Source of the DNA: Candidatus Saccharimonadota bacterium
GTDB taxonomy: Bacteria; Bacteroidota; Bacteroidia; Cytophagales; Amoebophilaceae
Direction of reading: 5' to 3'
Length of the DNA: 32,000 bases
Assembly: GCF_936981045.1 (NCBI RefSeq)
Contig: NZ_OW441264.1
Coordinates: forward strand, 510,001-542,000
Shown: one piece after another, positions 1 to 10,033 of the stretch
Numbering within the stretch: the first letter of the stretch is position 1
Layout: the number at the start of each line of letters is the position of its first letter
Position numbers and translations under genes: made by a program
Notes under the pieces: model-generated
What the model saw: only the letters and a program-made list of their open reading frames with translations
Database searches by the model: none
Told to the model about the DNA's origin: nothing

Positions 1-485
1 TTAAATCGATTGCTACTAAAGGTAAAACCAGCATCGGTTGGTTTTTTGGATTAAAGTTTCACTTGATAGTCAATGATTTAGGAGAAATTATGAATTTTCA
101 ACTGACCACAGGTAAAACTAATGATAGGCTTCCTGTAGAAAATTTATGTAAACACTTCATGGGTAAAATGTTTGCCGATAAAGGTTACATAAGCAAAGAT
201 TTATTTGAAAAACTGATCGAGAAAGGCGTGGAACTCATTACCCAGATCAGAAAAAATATGAAAAATTCTTTTATGCCACTTTGGGATAAACTGATGCTTA
301 GAAAACGATCTATAATTGAAACTATTATAGATCAGCTCAAAAATATTAGCCAGATAGAATATTCCAGGCATAGAAGCATACCTAATTTTCTAGTCAATTT
401 GATAGCTGGAATTACAGCTTATGCACTAAAAGAGAAAAAACCTTCTATAACTAATATATATATGACTGGTTCACAATACGTCTAA
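1..485 (+). CDS. IS982-family DDE transposase, C-terminal part (partial at window edge)
   Basis: Translation ([53 protein letters not shown]..) matches the C-terminal ~160 aa of the 293-aa ORF at 20528..21409 almost residue for residue. Confidence 0.85.
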   Translation, partial: KSIATKGKTSIGWFFGLKFHLIVNDLGEIMNFQLTTGKTNDRLPVENLCKHFMGKMFADKGYISKDLFEKLIEKGVELITQIRKNMKNSFMPLWDKLMLRKRSIIETIIDQLKNISQIEYSRHRSIPNFLVNLIAGITAYALKEKKPSITNIYMTGSQYV

Positions 486-499
486 TCCCGAACTGAGGT
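1..499 (+). mobile_element. IS982-family insertion sequence, 3' portion (5' part lies outside the window)
   Basis: Near-identical to the 3' half of the intact copy at 20527..21515. Ends in the terminal repeat AATCCCGAACTGAGGT at 484..499. Confidence 0.9.
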
Positions 500-1928
500 T
501 AATAGTATTGTTTGGTTTTTCCCTTCAAGTATCTACTTATAATTGTCTTTTAATTCTATAAAAAATACTTTCCTTCTGTATTATTTGATGAATAAAGTTT
601 AAAATGTACTTTTTTATATAAAGACATGGTAGAGAAAGGGAAAAATTATTTTACGAATTAAAGATACCATACACTTGCGTAAGTTTCCAGTGAAGCATTG
701 TTTGGCAAAAAATAGTTTCACACGCAGGAGAAAACTTACATTTCCAGTGGTATTTTCTATGATTTTGAGGTTAGTTAAAAAAAGTTTAGGTATAGAGTGT
801 GAACTTATGGAACCACTCAACTTTTAAAATTCCCCCATCCAAGCAAGCTTTTTCAAAAGCAAGATATAAAATTGCTCATACAGGATTTAAAGAATTATTG
901 GATTTAAGCCTTCAAACAGCTTATCAAGGTGATACCTCATATGGAACATGGAGAGGTTATAGAGTTATTGCTGGAGATGGCTTCTCAGTTCGCTTGCCTG
1001 GTTCTCAAGAAATCGTCTCTAAGTTTGGTCGCCTTAACCCGAATGGAACTACAGGCACTATGCCTTCATTGGCTAGAGGTTCCCTTTTCGTTGATTTATG
1101 TACTTCTCTGATTATCAGTGTACGTTTTGCACCTTGGCATGTGGGAGAGCAAACAATGGCAGAAGAACAATTACCTGAAGTAATTAACCAACTGCGTTCA
1201 TTAGAGCAAGAAAAACTATTATTCATCTATGATCGTGGTTATATTTCAATAAAGTTTATTGAGCAACATAATGCTTGCCAAACAGACTTTATTTTTCGTG
1301 TGCAAGAAAAAAATTATACCAATCTATGGAAAATGGTTTCATCTGGTAAATCAGATTTTGATTTTATGTTGGCAAATAATTCCAAGACAATCGGCCAAAA
1401 AGTAAGGGTCATAGCCCTTAGTTTACCCAACGACAAACTGGAAGTATTGGTTACCTCTCTTTTTGACCGAGAAAAATTTACTGCAGACGATATCAGCAAA
1501 GCATACCTATTAAGGTGGCACATAGAGGAGTGTTATAAACGACTTAAGATAGGTTCAGAATTAGAGAATTTCTCTGGAAAAAACTTAGATGCCGTACTAC
1601 AAGAGTTTTGGGCACACTTAGTGATGTGTAATATACTATCACTTCATATGTGTGATAGACAAGGCGCTTGGAACCCAGACCAAATTGCTCAATATCGGTT
1701 AAACTTTTCCGTTTTATTTGGTGTAATGAGGCAGAAACTGTATCAGGTTTTTGTTGGCGATTGCTCTCCCAAGAGCTTTCAGAGACTTTTTAATAGAGCC
1801 AGTATACGTGCTAAAATTAAAATCCGGATAAGTCGATTATATAGTCGAGACAAGGTCGATAAACCTAGACGGAATCATGTTTTTAGAAGAGTTTGCTAAC
1901 CAATAAACCCTTAAGTTGACGCTATTGA
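500..1928 (+). mobile_element. IS4-family insertion sequence, left terminus cut by the IS982 copy at 1..499
   Basis: Carries the IS4-type transposase ORF. The right end CCCTTAAGTTGACGCTATTG (1909..1928) matches the termini of the 241-bp derivative at 4468..4708. The left subterminal sequence AGTATTGTTTGGTTTTTCCC is shared with that derivative. Confidence 0.75.
626..1899 (+). pseudogene. IS4-family DDE transposase, N-terminal region frameshifted
   Basis: The main ORF 799..1899 has D..D..E context (VIAGDGF, IYDRGY) and the IS4 signature Y-2-R-3-E-6-K (YLLRWHIEECYKRLK). The N-terminal segment NSFTRRRKLTFPVVFSMILRLVKKSLGIE is in another frame (654..827, stop at 825). The only upstream ATG (626) is in a third frame. 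Confidence 0.7.
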
Positions 1929-1944
1929 ACGATCACCCTGGTCA

Positions 1945-3174
1945 TTATTCTGATACAGAATCAGCCATAATGAGTGTAGCCAAGAAAGCCAACAGCGCTA
2001 TATAACAGGCAGGGGCTATGGGGCTATTAAATCTATGAAAAAGATAGAAACAAATCACCGCAGCAGATTTTCCAAACAAACTACTCCCCAAGATAGTAGC
2101 GAATCCTATCGTAACATAGGGTGCTTCAGTGACCACTTGTACTTTGGACCAAATGGTTAGAAAACAGCTAAAGACCACACCCAAAAAGATTATCCAACAA
2201 CGTACTGCAGTTACATAGAAGATAGAAGCACCTTGTAATCCTGCAAAAAGAGGAATAATGGATAAGGCGACCAGACCACTGGCTGCTGCCATAAGGTTAT
2301 TGTGGTCATACTTTGGACCAATTTTAGCGATCCAACCGATTAATAGTATATCCAATACCATGAAGAGGGGCAGATATTGCATCATAGTTGAATAGGTAAT
2401 CGTGGTAACGATAGGTACAAAACTACTCATAAAAAGAAAGGGAATCGTATAGGTAAGGTAACCAAATCCAGCCACTATGGCGATTCGCATAATGGGTTGG
2501 CGTGCTTTCCAAAGTTGTAGATATAGGGCTACTTTTTGAGCCATAGGGTAGCAGTTTTGTTCGATTTCTGTTGTCTTTAATCTAAAGAAGATAACATTCA
2601 ATAGCGTAGATAGCGCTGCAATTAAAAAGGGCAGGCGCCAGTAGGGCAGGGGATCATGGATCCATGCAAAGCAGGTACCCACAACTCCAGCAAATAAAAT
2701 ACCTACCATAGTAGAAACTTCATAAAATGCTGCAACCTTTTTAGCCTGTTGCATAGCCACACCTTTGAGCAGGTAAATTTGGGTAATGTTATGTTCTCCC
2801 GCTGCACATGATTCTGCACAGATCCTAGCTACCAACAACAAAATAATGCTCGATAGTGACCCTTGTGTATAGGTAGGCAAGCAACCCATAGCCATTAAAC
2901 TGATCCCTACACCCAAAAGTGTATAGCGCAATACAATCATTTCTTTTGTAGTTTGGGCCATTTTGCTAAAAAAAAGGAGCCCCAATGGTTTGGCTATAAA
3001 GGAAATTATAAATGGACTATAGCCCCATATCAGTTGGACCACTGGCTCTTTCTTTGGAAAAAAAAGAGGGGCTATCATAGGAACCAAATAACCATATAAG
3101 GCATTATCAAAATGAATAAAGGCATTAGCCATTAACATGGATAGTTGTGACTTGTTTACAAATTTTCCTTTCAT
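1945..3174 (-). CDS. MFS transporter, metabolite:H+ symporter (ProP-like) family
   Basis: 409-aa ORF, hydrophobic throughout (about 12 predicted helices). The N-terminal motif FIHFDNALYGYLVPMIAPLFFP matches the MHS-family pattern (W/F-D-F-x-Y-G...FFP). Confidence 0.8.
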   Translation of the reverse strand: MKGKFVNKSQLSMLMANAFIHFDNALYGYLVPMIAPLFFPKKEPVVQLIWGYSPFIISFIAKPLGLLFFSKMAQTTKEMIVLRYTLLGVGISLMAMGCLPTYTQGSLSSIILLLVARICAESCAAGEHNITQIYLLKGVAMQQAKKVAAFYEVSTMVGILFAGVVGTCFAWIHDPLPYWRLPFLIAALSTLLNVIFFRLKTTEIEQNCYPMAQKVALYLQLWKARQPIMRIAIVAGFGYLTYTIPFLFMSSFVPIVTTITYSTMMQYLPLFMVLDILLIGWIAKIGPKYDHNNLMAAASGLVALSIIPLFAGLQGASIFYVTAVRCWIIFLGVVFSCFLTIWSKVQVVTEAPYVTIGFATILGSSLFGKSAAVICFYLFHRFNSPIAPACYIALLAFLATLIMADSVSE

Positions 3175-3203
3175 CTATATCGCATTGTGTTTTCTCTTTA
3201 CTA

Positions 3204-3453
3204 ACCTCAGTTCGGGATTATACGTATTTTGAACCAGTCATATATATATTAGTTATAGAAGGTTTTTTATCTTTTAGTGCATAAGCTGTAATTCCAGCTA
3301 TCAAATTGACTGGAAAATTAGGTATGCTTCTATGCCTGGAATGTTCTATCTGGCTAATATGGATAATCTGGTTAGTATTTTTTTATCTCCAAATTTAAAA
3401 CACAAAGAAGCTTTTTAAAGCTATTTTTTAACAAGCTAATCCCGAACTTAGGT
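3204..3453 (-). mobile_element. Internally deleted IS982 derivative (250 bp, both termini retained)
   Basis: 3204..3360 is the reverse complement of the last ~155 bp of IS982. 3361..3453 is the reverse complement of the first ~95 bp (5' leader plus TIR). The deletion junction lies at 3360/3361. TIRs are ACCTCAGTTCGGGATT and AATCCCGAACTTAGGT. Confidence 0.85.
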
Positions 3454-3584
3454 TATTAGGTAAAAATAGTCAATCTTTCTTAGGACCTAAACCAACTATT
3501 GGATAACCTACCTTTTGGATGAGATATGAAGCTAGTGAAATTAGTCGAAATATATTAAGAAATCTTTTTTGTAAAAAAAGTAAA

Positions 3585-3673
3585 CAAAAAATCAAGCCCT
3601 AATCCAAAAAGTTGCTGAAATTGTCCCCTTAAAACTGGAAAATCAGAATCTACCCTGCAAACCCAACCAAACT
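3585..3673 (+). repeat. Partial copy of the palindromic intergenic element, cut by IS5
   Basis: AAAAAATCAAGCCCTAATCCAAAAAGTTGCTGAAATTG... aligns with 26871..26958. The alignment stops exactly where the IS5 terminus GAGGCCGTTGC begins. Confidence 0.55.
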
Positions 3674-4467
3674 GAGGCCGTTGCAATAGAGTTTTAATCT
3701 TTGGTATAAAAAGTGACTTTTAGCGTTATACAATGGTTAAATTATGTTACTTCTTTAATCGTTTATACTTAAGCTTTTTAATAGTATTGTTATGGCAATT
3801 CAAACAAGTGGTCAGTTAAGTTTGGCAGATATTTCAGCGAACAGGGGTAAATGCAAACATACCTTTTTTGATCAAATTAATAAGCTAGTTAATTGGTCAT
3901 CAGTAGAAAAATTACTCCGCTCATATTACCCTAAAGGCTTAGGTTTATCAGGAAGGCCAGCGTATAGTCCGCTGCTTTTGTTTAAAATTCTCTTGCTTCA
4001 AACCTGGTATTCACTCAGTAACTATCAAGTAGAAGAAGAAGTAAATGATCGTATTACTTTTAGCAGATTTTGTGGTATTTCGATGGATAGTTCTGTTCCA
4101 GATCATAGTGTATTAAGTAGATTTAGGACTTCCCTTACCGAACAAAAGGCCCTAGAAAAGTTATTGAAAATCATTAATGATCGGCTAGCTGCACATGGAC
4201 TACTCGTTCAACATGGTGCAGTTGTTGATGCTTCTATCACCCCCACACCTAGACGGCCTAAAGGTAAAAAAAGCTATGATCTCCATGAAGATGGCACTAT
4301 AACTGTAGCCGAAAGTTATCAAAAAGGTGTAGATCCAGAAGCGAGTTGGACAAAAAAAGGAGATAATCTCTACTATGGGTATAAGCGACACGTTCTTGTG
4401 GAAAGTAAAGAAGGCTTAGTCCTAGAAGTCAGTACCACAAAAGCATCTAGTCATGATAGTGCTCATT
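3674..4467 (+). mobile_element. IS5-family insertion sequence, 3'-truncated copy
   Basis: The left terminus GAGGCCGTTGCAATAGAG and the coding region are homologous to the intact copy at 30699..31975. Homology stops at 4467, where the IS4-derived MITE begins. Confidence 0.85.
3792..4467 (+). pseudogene. IS5-family transposase, truncated after ~225 codons
   Basis: About 85% identical by eye to residues 1-225 of the 341-aa ORF at 30832..31857. It lacks the C-terminal third (ADKGY, RYKVERVFG motifs). The ORF tail 4468..4484 is read from MITE DNA. Confidence 0.85.
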
Positions 4468-4708
4468 CAATGGCGTCAACTTAAGAGAAAATATGGGTAA
4501 TTATTTGCTTAGTATTGTTTGGTTTTTCCCTTTCTCTACCATGTCTTTATATAAAAAAGTACATTTTAAACTTTATTCATCAAATAATACAGAAGGAAAG
4601 TCTTTATTTATAGAATTAAAAGACAATTATAGGTAGATACTTGAAGGGAAAAACTAAACAATACTAAGCAAATAATTACTCATATTTTCCCTTAAGTTGA
4701 TGCCATTG
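4468..4708. mobile_element. MITE derived from the IS4 termini (241 bp, ~60-bp terminal inverted repeats)
   Basis: CAATGGCGTCAACTTAAGAGAAAATATGGGTAATTATTTGCTTAGTATTGTTTGGTTTTTCCC (left) is an imperfect inverted repeat of GGGAAAAACTAAACAATACTAAGCAAATAATTACTCATATTTTCCCTTAAGTTGATGCCATTG (right). The core is the reverse complement of 520..640 of the IS4 element. No ORF. Confidence 0.7.
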
Positions 4709-4817
4709 AGTGATCGGGTACCACTATGGCACTTATTTTTTGAAACCTTTATTTTTTTGTTTAGATTTGGCAATCGGGTTCTCCTTTAGCCTAACGGCTC
4801 TATAGGCCTGGTTTTAT

Positions 4818-4892
4818 GGTGAATGTAGCTCAGCTGGTTAGAGCATTGGTTTGTGGTACCAAGGGTCGCGGGTTCGAATCCCGTCTTTCACC
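4818..4892 (+). tRNA. tRNA-His: tRNA-His (anticodon GTG) with encoded G-1
   Basis: Manual cloverleaf: G-1, acceptor GTGAATG/CTTTCAC (one T-T mismatch), D arm GCTC-AGCTGGTTA-GAGC. Anticodon arm TTGGT-TTGTGGT-ACCAA, variable loop GGGTC, T arm GCGGG-TTCGAAT-CCCGT, discriminator C. G-1:C73 is the tRNA-His hallmark. CCA is not encoded. Confidence 0.9.
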
Positions 4893-5082
4893 CTTATTCC
4901 CATTTATTATTGATCCGTCCAGTCAATAATCCTTTTAGCCCAAGTTTTATAAAAGCGCTCATATCTAAATGGGCGTGAATAGTAACGGTTGGCATAGGTT
5001 TGTTTTTTATTGTGTATACCTCTATGCCTATATTTAAAGCAATTGGTAAGGATCTATTTAATTTAGTTTTAATTCTAAAATT

Positions 5083-5523
5083 ATGTGCGATATAAGCAGT
5101 TTATTTAAAAACGTTGCTTTATTTTGCTTAATTACATTCTTATGCCCAAGATGTGGGTTTTCTTCTAACAAAAAGTCGATTCTTAAAGCACCCAATACAA
5201 AGCGTCCTGAAAAAGAACTAGTAGAAAGCGGTGATGAAAAAAAGCCTGAACAAAGTGCTCAACAAAGTGATGATAAAAAAGCATTACAGAATGAGGTAGT
5301 GTCACTGTTGCAGCAGCAGTTTATGGATACCCATTCAACAGCATCGCAGCCTACTGCTCCAGCAGCATCACAGGATGCTCATCAGGAAAAATTAAAAAAA
5401 GAGTTTGAAGACAGTAACGAATGGTATACGACGCAAGTGAAAAAAATGCTAGTGGACGATGGTCGTCTATCGGGTGACCAAATTGAAAAGCTTATAATAC
5501 TTAATATAAGGTATAGTGTGTAA
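5083..5523 (+). CDS. Hypothetical protein with hydrophobic N-terminus, Q/K/E-rich (possibly secreted)
   Basis: 146-aa ORF with an N-terminal hydrophobic stretch (VALFCLITFLCPRCG) followed by a low-complexity charged region. No recognisable domain. Confidence 0.45.
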   Translation: MCDISSLFKNVALFCLITFLCPRCGFSSNKKSILKAPNTKRPEKELVESGDEKKPEQSAQQSDDKKALQNEVVSLLQQQFMDTHSTASQPTAPAASQDAHQEKLKKEFEDSNEWYTTQVKKMLVDDGRLSGDQIEKLIILNIRYSV

Positions 5524-6076
5524 GCTGCAGGAGGAGGTTTTTAAGCTGCCTTTTGAGCAGCTGAAGCCTCTATGTCATTGCATGAATGAGCAAATAAGGC
5601 TAGCAAAAAATATTGTTGAGACTTTTAAGCCGTTTCAGAGTCTAGTGCAGAATCTAGAAAAAGCAAAGAATAGCCTGGAAGAGGGTTGCCGAGTAGAGTT
5701 AGAAGGTAATGTACCTCAACCTATATTTCAGGAGCTTGTTAAAGCGAGTCAGGAGGCATTTATAATTGCTCAAGATTTTATCCACCCTGAAGATCATATA
5801 AGTCTTTCGGAACTCCAGTCGGTACGTGAGTATAGTACTTGTTTATACGAGAAAATGCAAGCAGTATTTCTGGAATGTTTACCTGAAGAGCAGCAAGCGT
5901 ACCAGGCTCATTTGGCTCATTTGTTAAGTTTATCCCAGAGCATGGTAGAAAACACAAGAACGCTTAAGCAAATAATGCCTAATTCCTTAATAAGGGAGTT
6001 GCAAGATCTTAAGAAGGAAGTACAAAAGCAGGCAGCGGCCATTAGCGGAGATTCAAAAGCCCATCATAAAACATAA
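5516..6076 (+). CDS. Hypothetical alpha-helical protein
   Basis: 186-aa ORF that overlaps the upstream ORF by 8 nt. The composition suggests helices or coiled coil. No recognisable domain. Confidence 0.45.
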   Translation: MCKLQEEVFKLPFEQLKPLCHCMNEQIRLAKNIVETFKPFQSLVQNLEKAKNSLEEGCRVELEGNVPQPIFQELVKASQEAFIIAQDFIHPEDHISLSELQSVREYSTCLYEKMQAVFLECLPEEQQAYQAHLAHLLSLSQSMVENTRTLKQIMPNSLIRELQDLKKEVQKQAAAISGDSKAHHKT

Positions 6077-6275
6077 GGAATAGGAAATACAACCGAGTGT
6101 TTAGGTTAGAATAGATGTATAGAATATATGCTATTTACTAGTCTTATTATAGCATAAATACCCCTTGTAAAAAGTTGCGATCAGAAAGCATACGCTCAAA
6201 GCTTGTCAAGCTAAGGATTTATCCTTTAGTACATCCAAGCCAAAAGCAAAAAGCAGCATATAAATTCCTTTAACC

Positions 6276-9200
6276 ATGCATAACTTTTGTCATTTACATT
6301 GCCATACAGAATATTCCCTGTTGGATGGCGCAGCCAAGGTAGAGCGTTTAATAGTAGCCAATAAACAGTTGGGCATGAATGCATTGGCCATTACAGACCA
6401 CGGCAATATGTTTGGTGTGCCTCAGTTCGTAGCCGCAGCAGCCAAGGAAGGGGTAAAACCCATTATAGGGGGTGAATTTTATATGGCACCTGATCGGCAC
6501 GACCATAAAGATAAAACCCGTTACCACCAGCTGTTGTTGGCTAAAAATGCCATAGGCTATCAAAATATTACCAAACTATGTTCCCTAGGTTTTTTAGAAG
6601 GTTATTATTATAAGCCACGCATTGATAAGGCTTTACTCAAACAATGCAAAGAAGGCTTAATCGCCACTACCTGTTGCTTAGGTGCAGAAATTCCTAAAAC
6701 CATTATTCGACACGGGGAAACAGTTGCAGAAAAGCTCTTTTTAGAATGGTTGGACCTATTTGGTGAAGATTATTATATAGAACTACAAAGACATGGCATT
6801 AAGGAACAAGAAATTTGTAATGCCGTATTACTGCGTTGGGCTGAAAAATATAATGTAAAAGTCATTGCTACCAACGATGTCCATTACATTGCGCAACAAG
6901 ACAGTCTTGCTCAGGATGTATTGCTCTGTTTGCAGACTGGAAAAGATTACAATGACCCCAATCGTATGCGTTTTAGCAACGATCAATTCTTTTTAAAGTC
7001 ACCAGAAGAGATGGCTCTGCTTTTTGCAGATGTGCCAGCTGCTGTTACCAATACCCTAGCATTGGTAGAAAACATAGAAACACCCTCCTTAACCCGCGAT
7101 GTGCTGCTGCCTATTTTTCAACTTCCTGACGGTTTTTCAGATCCCAATCTCTATTTAACCCATTTGGCTTTTTCTGGGGCCCGAGCCAAGTATGGGACCA
7201 TTTCTATGGAAGTAGAAAGTAGACTGAATTATGAATTGGCCATTATTGCCCAAACCGGTTTTGCCGGTTATTTTTTAGTCGTACAAGACTTTATTGAAGC
7301 GGCTGTACAATTAGGTGTAATCGTAGGACCAGGGCGCGGCTCTGTAGCAGGTTCGTTAGTCGCTTTTTGTATAGGGATTACCAAAATAGATCCCCTTCGC
7401 TATAATCTACTTTTTGAACGCTTTTTAAATCCAGAGCGGATCTCCATGCCCGATATAGATGTAGACTTTGATGATGAAGGTCGTAAAAAAGTAATTGATT
7501 ATGTAATTCAAAAATATGGTAGAAACCAAGTTGCTTCCATTATCACCTTTGGTAGTATGGCAGCTAAATCTGCCATACGTGATGTGGCGCGTGTATTAGG
7601 CATTCCTTTGGCACGGGCCAACTATCTCACCAAGTTGATACCAAACAAATTAGGCATTACGTTATCAGAAGCCTTTGAGGAGGTAAAAGAACTGGCTGAG
7701 ATCAAAAAAGCCATTGCCACTCCAGAAGGTAAAGTGCTCGATTTGGCTGAAACCTTAGAAGGGCTGGTGCGCCATACAGGTATTCATGCAGCAGGCATCA
7801 TCATTGCACCCAATGATATTGTAGAATATATCCCGGTAAAAACAGATAAAAATTCTGACTTATTGGTTACCCAATATGATGGGTCGGTACTGGAAGGACT
7901 GGGTATGTTAAAAATAGATTTTTTAGGGCTCAAAACGCTTAGCATTATTAAAGATGCACTGCTATTAATTGAGCAAAATAGAGGCATTACCATAGATATA
8001 GATCGCATCCCATTAGACGACCCTATTACGTTTAAACTATACCAATCTGGTAATACCAAAGGAACCTTTCAATTTGAGTCAGAAGGCATGCGCCAATGGC
8101 TGTTTAAACTGCAACCCACCACGATGGAGGAGCTTATTGCCATGAATGCCCTCTATAGGCCAGGCCCCATGCAGTTTATTCCTAATTTTATTGCCCGTAA
8201 ACATGGCAAAGAACCCATTGAATATCCTTATCCACTTTTGGAAGCCATTCTAAAGCCCACTTATGGTATTATGATTTACCAAGAGCAAATCATACAAACG
8301 GCACAAGCCATGGCAGGTTATACCCTAGGGGGTGCCGATTTATTGCGCAAGGCCATGGGTAAAAAAAATGCAGCAGAAATGGCTAGGCAACGCGATATCT
8401 TTGTAACAGGTGCAGTCCAAAAACATAAGATCCTTAAAGAAAAAGCATTGGCTGTTTTTGAGATTATGGAAAAATTTGCGCAATATGGTTTTAATCGTTC
8501 GCATGCAGCGGCTTATTCCCTTATTGCTTACCAAACTGCTTATTTAAAGGCCCATTACCCTACCGAATATATGGCTGCTGTATTGACCCATAACCAGGGC
8601 GATATTGAAAAAATTGCTTTCTTTATGGAAGAAAGCCGCCAGCAAGGACTCTCTGTATTAGGACCTGATATAAATGAAAGTCAAGTCAATTTTAGTGCTG
8701 GCCTCCATAAAGAAATACGATTTGGACTAGGTGCGATTAAAGGAGCTGGTGCGTCAGCTGTTACCGCTATTATAGAAGCAAGAGCGCAGAAAGGCGCTTT
8801 TAAAGATATCTTTGATTTCTTGGAATCTATCCAACTTAAAACCGTGAACAAGAAAACCATGGAAGCGCTTGCCTTATCGGGTGCTTTTGATACCTTTAAA
8901 GCGGTACATAGAAGGCAGTATGTCTATGGAGTGTCAGGTAGCAGCTTTATAGAAAAAGTCATACAATATCGCAATCGTATTCAAAAAGAGCGGATGGAAG
9001 CCCTTCAATCGCTTTTTGCAGCCAGTGCCCATAGTCACATTAAAAGGCCAGAACCCGCTGATTGTGCGCCTTATGAGCCGTTGGAACAATTGCGTATAGA
9101 GAAAGAACTGGTTGGTTTTTATATTTCTGGTCATCCACTCGATCCATTTAAAGTGGATATAGAAAACTTCTGCAATGTAACCACACAAAATATATTAACC

Positions 9201-9713
9201 GCTAGTCGAAAAGCCGTAACCATAGCGGGTATGCTTACCGCCTCTACCATTAAGCAAAATGGAAAAGGCAATGCTTTTGCTTTACTCACATTAGATGATT
9301 ATCATGGCTCGCTTAACTTTGCACTTTTTGGAGAAGACTACTTAAAATACAAACATCTATTAGAAGTCGGCACATTACTCTTCCTTACAGGCCATGTAGC
9401 CCCACGCTATGGGAACCAAGAAATGCAAACCTTTAAACCCCAAACCATTAACCTGTTGGAAGAGATTCGGGAAAGAATGGCTCAAGGGGTCCATTTAAAG
9501 CTAGCACAACACCATGTCAATCCACCATTGGTGCATGAATTGGAATCTTGTATCAAACGTTATCCAGGCAAATCTTTTATAAAGATATCGATCATAGATC
9601 ATGAAGCGCAAATCACCATTCCAACATGCTCTACCCAATACCGTGTCGAACTCAACAATGAACTATTTGAATTATTCAACCAGCTGTCTATAGATTTTCA
9701 CCTATTTGCCTAA
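6276..9713 (+). CDS. dnaE: DNA polymerase III alpha subunit
   Basis: 1145-aa ORF. N-terminal PHP motif HLHCHTEYSLLDGA, polymerase core (PDIDVDF, GLLKIDFLGLKTL, FNRSHAAAYS) and a C-terminal OB-fold region. Colinear with DnaE. Confidence 0.97.
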   Translation: MHNFCHLHCHTEYSLLDGAAKVERLIVANKQLGMNALAITDHGNMFGVPQFVAAAAKEGVKPIIGGEFYMAPDRHDHKDKTRYHQLLLAKNAIGYQNITKLCSLGFLEGYYYKPRIDKALLKQCKEGLIATTCCLGAEIPKTIIRHGETVAEKLFLEWLDLFGEDYYIELQRHGIKEQEICNAVLLRWAEKYNVKVIATNDVHYIAQQDSLAQDVLLCLQTGKDYNDPNRMRFSNDQFFLKSPEEMALLFADVPAAVTNTLALVENIETPSLTRDVLLPIFQLPDGFSDPNLYLTHLAFSGARAKYGTISMEVESRLNYELAIIAQTGFAGYFLVVQDFIEAAVQLGVIVGPGRGSVAGSLVAFCIGITKIDPLRYNLLFERFLNPERISMPDIDVDFDDEGRKKVIDYVIQKYGRNQVASIITFGSMAAKSAIRDVARVLGIPLARANYLTKLIPNKLGITLSEAFEEVKELAEIKKAIATPEGKVLDLAETLEGLVRHTGIHAAGIIIAPNDIVEYIPVKTDKNSDLLVTQYDGSVLEGLGMLKIDFLGLKTLSIIKDALLLIEQNRGITIDIDRIPLDDPITFKLYQSGNTKGTFQFESEGMRQWLFKLQPTTMEELIAMNALYRPGPMQFIPNFIARKHGKEPIEYPYPLLEAILKPTYGIMIYQEQIIQTAQAMAGYTLGGADLLRKAMGKKNAAEMARQRDIFVTGAVQKHKILKEKALAVFEIMEKFAQYGFNRSHAAAYSLIAYQTAYLKAHYPTEYMAAVLTHNQGDIEKIAFFMEESRQQGLSVLGPDINESQVNFSAGLHKEIRFGLGAIKGAGASAVTAIIEARAQKGAFKDIFDFLESIQLKTVNKKTMEALALSGAFDTFKAVHRRQYVYGVSGSSFIEKVIQYRNRIQKERMEALQSLFAASAHSHIKRPEPADCAPYEPLEQLRIEKELVGFYISGHPLDPFKVDIENFCNVTTQNILTASRKAVTIAGMLTASTIKQNGKGNAFALLTLDDYHGSLNFALFGEDYLKYKHLLEVGTLLFLTGHVAPRYGNQEMQTFKPQTINLLEEIRERMAQGVHLKLAQHHVNPPLVHELESCIKRYPGKSFIKISIIDHEAQITIPTCSTQYRVELNNELFELFNQLSIDFHLFA

Positions 9714-9850
9714 TCATATATAACTGATCTATTGGTTGGTTGGTGTTGTATTTTAATATTTTAAGGCTTAAATTTAAGATAGTCATTTTTAAGCAGATTT
9801 TTTGTACCCGTTAAGCCTTGTGGCAATGTTATGAAAAAACAGAAAAACCG

Positions 9851-9897
9851 CCCCTTGTAAAAATTTGCTCAACTTTTTGCACAGGGGTTGATTTTTT
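9851..9897 (+). terminator. Possible intrinsic terminator; short version of the palindromic intergenic element
   Basis: CCCCTTGTAAAAATTTGC/TCAACTTTTTGCACAGGGG forms an imperfect hairpin followed by TTGATTTTTTG, about 140 nt downstream of the dnaE stop. Confidence 0.4.
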
Positions 9898-10033
9898 GCA
9901 CACTTTATTTATCAAGAAAAAAGTGGGATATAAATTCCTTTTTTACCCCTGGCCTGAACAAATGCCTTTTTTTTGTCATCTAATCCAGGCTTCAGATGTG
10001 TGCAGTAGAAAGTAGGTAGTCCCAGATAAAAGT

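Noticed and set aside
614-1523. Short ORFs overlapping the IS4 transposase (614-820, 929-1111, 1005-1226, 1314-1523)
   Set aside because: They are alternative-frame or antisense ORFs within the IS4 transposase region, with no homology signal.
4200-4391. 63-aa antisense ORF in the truncated IS5, and its twin at 31258-31446
   Set aside because: They are conserved only because the IS5 copies are conserved, and lie antisense to the transposase.
6348-9188. Antisense ORFs inside dnaE (6348-6563, 7784-8059, 8340-8534, 8934-9188)
   Set aside because: They are shadow ORFs opposite a 1145-aa conserved gene, and none has a recognisable motif.
9818-10015. 65-aa ORF downstream of dnaE
   Set aside because: It spans the terminator-like hairpin repeat and has no coding signature.
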